Both the position numbers and the translations under genes were made by a program. From the NCBI GenBank assembly GCA_044225365.1, contig JBGAIQ010000005.1, positions 64,001 to 128,000 on the forward strand: a DNA stretch of 64,000 nucleotides, read 5' to 3'. Shown here piece after piece: positions 58,483 through 64,000 of the stretch. The notes beneath the pieces were generated by a model. It had not been told where the DNA came from and did no database searches. It saw only the letters and a program-made list of their open reading frames with translations. Source of the DNA: Planctomycetota bacterium. Its GTDB lineage: Bacteria > Planctomycetota > B15-G4 > JADJEK01. Positions within the stretch are counted from its first letter, which is position 1, and each line of letters starts with the position of its first letter.

Positions 58483-58877
58483 TTCAAGTCACCGCCGCCT
58501 CACCGTCCGATTCAATTCGCCGCCGCCGGGCCGTCCCTTTCAAATCACCGCCGCCGGGCCGTCATCCCATTCAAATCACCGCCGCCGGGCCCTCCCATTC
58601 AAATCATCGCCGCCTCACCGTCCAATTCAAGTCACCGCCGCCGGGCCGTCATCCCATTCAAGTCACCGCCGCCGGGCCGTCATCCCATTCAAGTCACCGC
58701 CGCCGGGCCGTCCCTTTCAAATCATCGCCGCCTCACCGTCCGATTCAATTCACCGCCGCCGGGCCGTCCCTTTCAAATCACCGCCGCCGGGCCGTCATCC
58801 CATTCAGCTCACCGCCGCCGGGCCGTCATCCCATTCAAATCACCGCCGCCTCACAGTCCGATTCAAAAAAATCACCG
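58477..58877. repeat. Minisatellite, 13-14 units of 28/31 bp
   Basis: Core TTCAA(A/G/T)TCACCGCCGCC followed by GGGCC or TCACC. Confidence 0.92.
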
Positions 58878-58897
58878 CAGCGTTGCGGTCCGAGGCG

Positions 58898-59857
58898 TCA
58901 GCGCCGCGAGTCCCAGGCCGCGCGCTTCGGAGCCTTGGTGAACAGATCCGTCGAGTCCGTCCCGAGAGGCTCGTCGCCGAGTAGCTTCGCGGCGTTGTTC
59001 GTGTGGAGCGTGGCGCCGGCCGCGTTGCCGATCGCCGCGTAGTACTTCGCGATCGCGAGTTCGTGATCGGCGAGCGCATGGGTGAGGTCCCTGATCTTCT
59101 GCGCGGCCTCCTTCGCGAAGCGGCCGTCGGCGCCGTACTGCTTGAGGTATCGGATCGCGGCGTCACGCGCGGCGAGCAAGGGCTGCGGATCGTAGCCCTT
59201 GCCGCGCGAACGCGCTTCCTGCGCGAGGATCGTCTTGAAGCGCGCTTCCTCGACGAACTCCGAGTTCGGGTGCTCGACGCAGAGTCGCTCGTAGGCGTGC
59301 ACCGCCCGTTCCCCCTCCCCCTCCGCGAGGTGGATCTTGGCAAGCTGCATCCACGCATCATCCGCGTAGTCCGAACCGGGGAAGTCGATCGCGATGCGAC
59401 TGAGCGCGAGCGTCGCCGATTTCGTATCCGGGACGAGTTCGTCGAGCCACGTCTGCGGTGGCCTCTCGAGGATCGCAAGAGCGATCGCATACAGTCGCAC
59501 CGGAACCACGATCGTCGCCCGCGAGGTACGTTCGGTGTCGATCAGCGACGCATACGTGGCCACGGCCTGATCGAGGTCGCCGAGATGCTCACAGCACTGA
59601 GCGGCGAGCAAGAGCGTGAGATCGCGTCGCAGGTTCTCTTGCGGATCCTTCAGCAAACCGTCGAGGATCGCCTTCGACGCCTCGTAGCGGCCCGAATCGA
59701 ACAGGCGCAATGCCGCGTCGAGGCGCTCGCTCGCGACGACCACGGGCGGCGCGTCCGCGTCCCCGTGCGCAGCGTCGCGGGACGAACAACCGGCGGTGCA
59801 CGCCACGACGATCCCGAGCACGATTCGAGTTGCGTGCTGCAGTTCGAGAGGCCTCAC
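58898..59857 (-). CDS. BamD/YfiO-like TPR outer-membrane lipoprotein
   Basis: GTGA overlap with upstream stop; lipobox 'TAGC'; 'FPGSDYADDA', 'HPNSEF', 'YDPQP', 'LADHELAIAKYY'. Confidence 0.7.
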   Translation of the reverse strand: MRPLELQHATRIVLGIVVACTAGCSSRDAAHGDADAPPVVVASERLDAALRLFDSGRYEASKAILDGLLKDPQENLRRDLTLLLAAQCCEHLGDLDQAVATYASLIDTERTSRATIVVPVRLYAIALAILERPPQTWLDELVPDTKSATLALSRIAIDFPGSDYADDAWMQLAKIHLAEGEGERAVHAYERLCVEHPNSEFVEEARFKTILAQEARSRGKGYDPQPLLAARDAAIRYLKQYGADGRFAKEAAQKIRDLTHALADHELAIAKYYAAIGNAAGATLHTNNAAKLLGDEPLGTDSTDLFTKAPKRAAWDSRR

Positions 59858-61113
59858 GGCAGGATCTCGATCTCGACCTCGTTCACGCCGCACTCGTTCA
59901 GATCGAGCATTCGCGTGTCCTGCGCCGGATCGAGGGGCGGGCCGGTCCACACACTGCCGCGGACGCGGTGCTTTCCGGGGGCGAGTCCAGCCGTGTCGAC
60001 GACCAGGCTTCCTGATCGCGGCCCAGGATGGATACGCACGCTCTCAACGCTCGAGTCGACGTTCACGAGCAGGTGAAACTCCCCCCTCGCGGACTCTGGG
60101 ATGCGGGTCGTGAAGTCGACCGTCACCTTCGCGCCGTGCTTCACCCTGGGCTCGTGTACCGCGAGCTCGACATCGATGTGGAGCGAACTCGCTGCGCGAC
60201 CACCCTCCAATTCCGCGGAGTCCTCCTTCGAGATCTGTTCGCGACCCGCATGCACTGCTCCCATCCGCGTAACGGGCAGCAGCACGAGCGCGAACGCAAG
60301 AGCGCCGAGCCACGGTCGCACGCGAGAAAGGCCCGCGCAAAGGAGCAGGATCGTCGCCGTGACGACGATCACGGGGCCGGGCGGCATGTCGAGCAAGATC
60401 GCGGAGAACATTCCGAGCCCCGCCGCGAGCAAGCCCGTGAGCACCGAGATCAGGAAGACGCGCGGCAGGCGCTGCGAGAGGAGGAGCGCGGTCAGCGCGG
60501 GCAGGATGAGGAACGCGAAGGTCAGGAGCGATCCCGCCGAGCTGATCGACAGCGCGATGACGGCGCCGATCGTGGAGAAGAGCAGGAGATCGAACGCGCG
60601 GGCCCGAACACCGAGCGTCTGCGCCGTGTCGGGATCGAAGGAGATCATGATGAACTCCTTTGCGAAGAGCGCATGGACGACGACGATCACGATCGCCGCG
60701 AGCAGCAGGATCTTCACCTGCGCCGACGTGGCGAAGAGCAGCGATCCGTAGAGGATGTGCTCGATGTGATCGAGCTCGGTCGCCGAGCGGAATACGAAGA
60801 GCACGGAGAGCGCCGAGGCGGCCGCGAACGACACGCCGACGAGCGCCTCGCGCGAGACCCGCACGGGCTCGCGCCCGAGCGAGAAGAACGCGACTCCGAG
60901 CAATGTGGCGATCGCCGCGGAAGGCAACGGTGCGAGATGGAGCAGGAGAGCGAGCGCCACTCCGGCCGCCGCGATCTGCGACGTCGCGATGCCGATGAAT
61001 GCGACCCTCCGCATCACCACGTAGACGGCCACGATCGAACAGGTCGCCGCGATGAGCAACGCCGCGAACCACGCGTTGTGGTAGGTCGCGATCAGATCGA
61101 CGATGTGGTTCAT
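59854..61113 (-). CDS. Metal (Zn/Mn) ABC transporter permease with C-terminal extension
   Basis: 'VYVVMRRVAF', 'ILYGSLL', 'SFDPDTA..LG', 'AFLILPA'. Confidence 0.9.
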   Translation of the reverse strand: MNHIVDLIATYHNAWFAALLIAATCSIVAVYVVMRRVAFIGIATSQIAAAGVALALLLHLAPLPSAAIATLLGVAFFSLGREPVRVSREALVGVSFAAASALSVLFVFRSATELDHIEHILYGSLLFATSAQVKILLLAAIVIVVVHALFAKEFIMISFDPDTAQTLGVRARAFDLLLFSTIGAVIALSISSAGSLLTFAFLILPALTALLLSQRLPRVFLISVLTGLLAAGLGMFSAILLDMPPGPVIVVTATILLLCAGLSRVRPWLGALAFALVLLPVTRMGAVHAGREQISKEDSAELEGGRAASSLHIDVELAVHEPRVKHGAKVTVDFTTRIPESARGEFHLLVNVDSSVESVRIHPGPRSGSLVVDTAGLAPGKHRVRGSVWTGPPLDPAQDTRMLDLNECGVNEVEIEILP

Positions 61114-61973
61114 GCGCCGCTCCCGCGCATCGCGGGGTTCTTGCCCGCGAGAGCCGGCGCGATCCGTTGTGCCGGAAGGATGATCCGTCTCCCGCCCACG
61201 TCATGCACTTCGACGGGCACTCCGTAGATCTCCGAGAGCACGCTTTCCGTGAGGATCTCGTCGCGCAGGCCGGCGCGCACTTTGGGCGCTTGCCCCAACT
61301 TCGCCGTCGCCTCCGAAGCGAGCAGGACGAGTTCCTCCGCGCAATCCGCCACGAGATGCAGCAGATGCGTAACGAACAGCACCGACGTGCCGAGGCGCTC
61401 ATGCAGCTCGCGGATCACTTCGACGATCGCGTGTTCCGAAGGCAGATCCATCCCGTTCGTCGGTTCGTCGAGCACGAGGAGATCGGGCTGCGTCGTGAGC
61501 GCGCGCGCGAGGAGGACTCGCTGTTGCTGACCACCCGAGAGATCGCGATACGGCCGGTCGAGCAGGTCCTCGATCTTCACGAGCGCGGCGGCCTCGTGGA
61601 CCGCTTCGCGATCCGTCGGAGTCGGGCGCCGAATGGGACCGACGTGCGGGTAGCGGCCCATCGTCACGACCTCGCGCACCCGGAGCGGGAAGATGGGATC
61701 GAGTCGCGTGCGCTGCGGCACGTAGCCGATCCGCAACGGCGCGCCCCCACCTTTCACGATCTCGCCGTGAAGGGGCGCAAGGAGTCCGACCGCGGCGCGA
61801 AGGAGCGTCGTCTTGCCCGAACCGTTCGGGCCGACGATGCCGACGAAGGCACCGCGGTGGATCGTGAAGCGGAGATCCTCGAGGATCTTCTTCTTGCCGT
61901 AACCGAGAGTGACTCTTCGGAACTCGAGCAGCGGCGTACGAAGGACGTCGTCGCGATCTCGTCCCGTGTTCAT
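61110..61973 (-). CDS. Metal ABC transporter ATP-binding protein
   Basis: 'GPNGSGKTT', 'IGYVPQR', 'LSGGQQQR', 'LDEPT'; ATGA overlaps. Confidence 0.93.
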   Translation of the reverse strand: MNTGRDRDDVLRTPLLEFRRVTLGYGKKKILEDLRFTIHRGAFVGIVGPNGSGKTTLLRAAVGLLAPLHGEIVKGGGAPLRIGYVPQRTRLDPIFPLRVREVVTMGRYPHVGPIRRPTPTDREAVHEAAALVKIEDLLDRPYRDLSGGQQQRVLLARALTTQPDLLVLDEPTNGMDLPSEHAIVEVIRELHERLGTSVLFVTHLLHLVADCAEELVLLASEATAKLGQAPKVRAGLRDEILTESVLSEIYGVPVEVHDVGGRRIILPAQRIAPALAGKNPAMRGSGA

Positions 61974-62884
61974 TTGAGCTTCTCCAGGATCGCATCGAGA
62001 TCCTTTCCGACCATCTCCTGATAGGTCGGGGTGTTCTCGATGCCGCCGGGAAGCTGCGTCACCGTTGCGATCTTCACGCCCGTCTGCTCCGCGAGGAAAT
62101 CGGTCGGTGCAGGATCGTGGTACGGTTCGCGGATCACGACCTTCACGCCCCGCGACTTGATGAGTTCGATCACGGACTTCAGGTGCGCCTGCGTCGGCGG
62201 AATGCGCGGCTTCGGCTCGACGAAGCCGACGGTCTGGAAGCCGAAGCGTCGCACCAGGTACGCGAACGAATTGTGATACGCGATGATCGGCGTGTTCTTG
62301 TACGGGATCGCCTTCTTCAGCCACTCGACGAGCCGCTTCTTCATGTCGGCGTCGAACGCGTCACGGTTCTTGTCGTAGGTCGCCTTGTGCGACGGGTCGT
62401 ACGCCACGAGGCCCGCCGCGATCGTCGCGGCCATCTTGCGACCGTTCTGCGGATCGAGCCAGTAGTGCGGATTGCCGTAGATGTGGACGTCGCCGTCCTC
62501 GCGACTCGGATTCGTCGGCACTTCGAGCAGTTCGATCCCGGTCGAGCAGTCGATGTTGCCCGGCGCGCCGGGCGCGATCTTGGGATTGCGCGCGCTCTTC
62601 ACGGCGTCGTCGAGCCACATCTCGAGGTCGAGACCGGTGTGCGCGAGCACGTCCGCGTTGCCAAGGCGCGTGAGCAGCGAGGGTGTCGCGTCGACGGTAT
62701 GGACGTCGTCCGTCGGGCGACACAGGCTCACGACCTCGACCAGGTCACCGCCGATCTGCGCTGCGATGCTGCCGATCGCCGGATTGGTCGCGACCACTTT
62801 GATCTTCTTCGGCGAGTCGGACTGGCCGAGCGCGAGCGGTGCGACGAGAAGAACGATCGGGAGGATGGCCTGGAGCTTCTTCAT
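61970..62884 (-). CDS. Metal ABC transporter substrate-binding protein (TroA/ZnuA family)
   Basis: Signal peptide; 'DVH', 'GDVHIYGNPHYWLDP', 'YHNSFAY', 'EPKPRIPPT..HL'. Confidence 0.93.
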   Translation of the reverse strand: MKKLQAILPIVLLVAPLALGQSDSPKKIKVVATNPAIGSIAAQIGGDLVEVVSLCRPTDDVHTVDATPSLLTRLGNADVLAHTGLDLEMWLDDAVKSARNPKIAPGAPGNIDCSTGIELLEVPTNPSREDGDVHIYGNPHYWLDPQNGRKMAATIAAGLVAYDPSHKATYDKNRDAFDADMKKRLVEWLKKAIPYKNTPIIAYHNSFAYLVRRFGFQTVGFVEPKPRIPPTQAHLKSVIELIKSRGVKVVIREPYHDPAPTDFLAEQTGVKIATVTQLPGGIENTPTYQEMVGKDLDAILEKLK

Positions 62885-64000
62885 TTGTTCACCCAGTACG
62901 GTTCGGGGGGATGGGCGCCGAAGACCCACGTGAGCTGGAGGCCAAGGCCGTTCGCGGTCGCGGTGTCGCCGCCGGACGAGCCGTGGAAGTACTGGTACTG
63001 CAGCCGAAGCCGCAGGAACTCGTTCATGTACCAGGTGAGGTAGGGCGACACGCCGACGATGTCGGCGTTGCTCTCGATCGGCGATTGCGCGGCGTCGAAG
63101 CGCACGCCGAGGTAGCGCTGCTCGTCGAGTCGGCGCTGCACCGTGAAGTAGCCCCCGGTCGCCGCGACCGTGCCACCGTTCGGACGATCGGAGTTGGAGC
63201 CGATGAGCTCGAATTGGACGAGCCAGTCCGCAAAGGAGCCGGGAACCGGGTCCTTGTAGCGCCACGTCGCGTCGATGCCGACGGCCTGCGATGCGCCGGC
63301 GTTGCTGTCCTTGCGGTCGGGGACGGCGAGCAGGGACGCGCCGACCTCGAGATCGCTGTGTGTGCTCGTCTGCCAGAAGCCCTTGATGCGGCCGCCGGCA
63401 CCCACCGCCTGCTGCGGGGTCTTGCCGAACAGCGGCGACTCCTCGTTCGTCGTGTTGTAGATCTCGACGGTTGCGTCGGAATAGGTCGGCAGCCATCCGC
63501 CCGGTTCACCGCGATACAGCGGTCGCGTCAGCGAGATGCCATCGACGCCGATGCCTTCGGGTCCGAACAGCAATTGATCGACGAGCGGCCGATCCATCTG
63601 CGGGAGGTCGTGGTTGTGGATCGAGTTCGCGCGTCCGAAGTCGAGCTTGAATCGTCCGACCTTGGCCTCGAGGTCCCACGGCAGATTGTGGAGCTGCACG
63701 TACGCCTCCTCGAAATTCGCTTCACCATCGGCGACCCCGAGGATGCCGACCGCATCCACGTCGGGACTCACCGGTGCGCGGAACTCGATGTCGACGCTGC
63801 GCAACGCGAACGGATCGTTCTCGGTGAAGAGCTCACCGAATGCATGCTGGATCTTCGCGCTGTCGCCGCCGGAGACGCTGCGGAAGAGTCCCGTGAAATC
63901 GGGAACGACCGAGATCTTTGGATTGAGGATGCTCTGCTGCGCGGTCGGACGGACCGAAGGCGGCGGGCCTTCGGCCTCCGCCTGCCGGAGCAACTTTTCG
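62881..64000 (-). CDS. Outer-membrane beta-barrel associated with metal ABC uptake (5' end outside window)
   Basis: 'LNPKISV', 'EEAY', 'GRF...FGRANSIHNH', 'EFLRLRLQY', terminal 'WVFGAHPPEPY'. Confidence 0.75.
   Translation of the reverse strand, partial: EKLLRQAEAEGPPPSVRPTAQQSILNPKISVVPDFTGLFRSVSGGDSAKIQHAFGELFTENDPFALRSVDIEFRAPVSPDVDAVGILGVADGEANFEEAYVQLHNLPWDLEAKVGRFKLDFGRANSIHNHDLPQMDRPLVDQLLFGPEGIGVDGISLTRPLYRGEPGGWLPTYSDATVEIYNTTNEESPLFGKTPQQAVGAGGRIKGFWQTSTHSDLEVGASLLAVPDRKDSNAGASQAVGIDATWRYKDPVPGSFADWLVQFELIGSNSDRPNGGTVAATGGYFTVQRRLDEQRYLGVRFDAAQSPIESNADIVGVSPYLTWYMNEFLRLRLQYQYFHGSSGGDTATANGLGLQLTWVFGAHPPEPYWVNK

Noticed and set aside
58477-58877. CRISPR array or tRNA-fragment array (TTCAAATC core)
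   Set aside because: Units are contiguous with no spacers, and there is no T-stem pairing or CCA end
57739-59042. Plus-strand ORFs through the minisatellite
   Set aside because: Low-complexity translations that are antisense to well-supported minus-strand genes
1-64000. Numerous long antisense or alternate-frame ORFs (e.g. 1386-3386, 21340-23967, 47010-49523, 52507-55056)
   Set aside because: Typical high-GC shadow ORFs, Arg/Ala-rich, overlapping genes that have clear motifs

Overview
High-GC bacterial chromosomal window. The gene families (TPR Ser/Thr kinases, FG-GAP/TolB/NHL secreted proteins, prepilin-type genes) suggest Planctomycetota, but this is inference. The left third is mostly housekeeping and envelope genes: ribH-nusB-ftsY, purD-fur, a kinase/sigma54 activator hybrid, two O-antigen-ligase/TPR proteins and tRNA-Arg(TCT). 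After the tRNA comes an accessory-looking stretch rich in secreted proteins, a PilV/W/X-like minor-pilin cluster, two repeat arrays and a metal ABC uptake operon. Main highlights: (1) an AhpD-like selenoprotein split by the ORF caller at an in-frame TGA (CxxU), followed by a clear SECIS-like hairpin; (2) a PilX-like protein with a CxxCH heme-c motif; (3) a ~120-aa C-terminal domain shared by five unrelated secreted proteins, a candidate sorting/anchoring domain; (4) a reciprocally decayed segmental duplication flanking an LRR gene; (5) REP/BIME-like hairpin arrays, one next to a 5'-truncated Rpn/YhgA-like gene and one fused to a minisatellite with 4-unit higher-order periodicity. All family calls come from motif recognition by eye; no searches were run.
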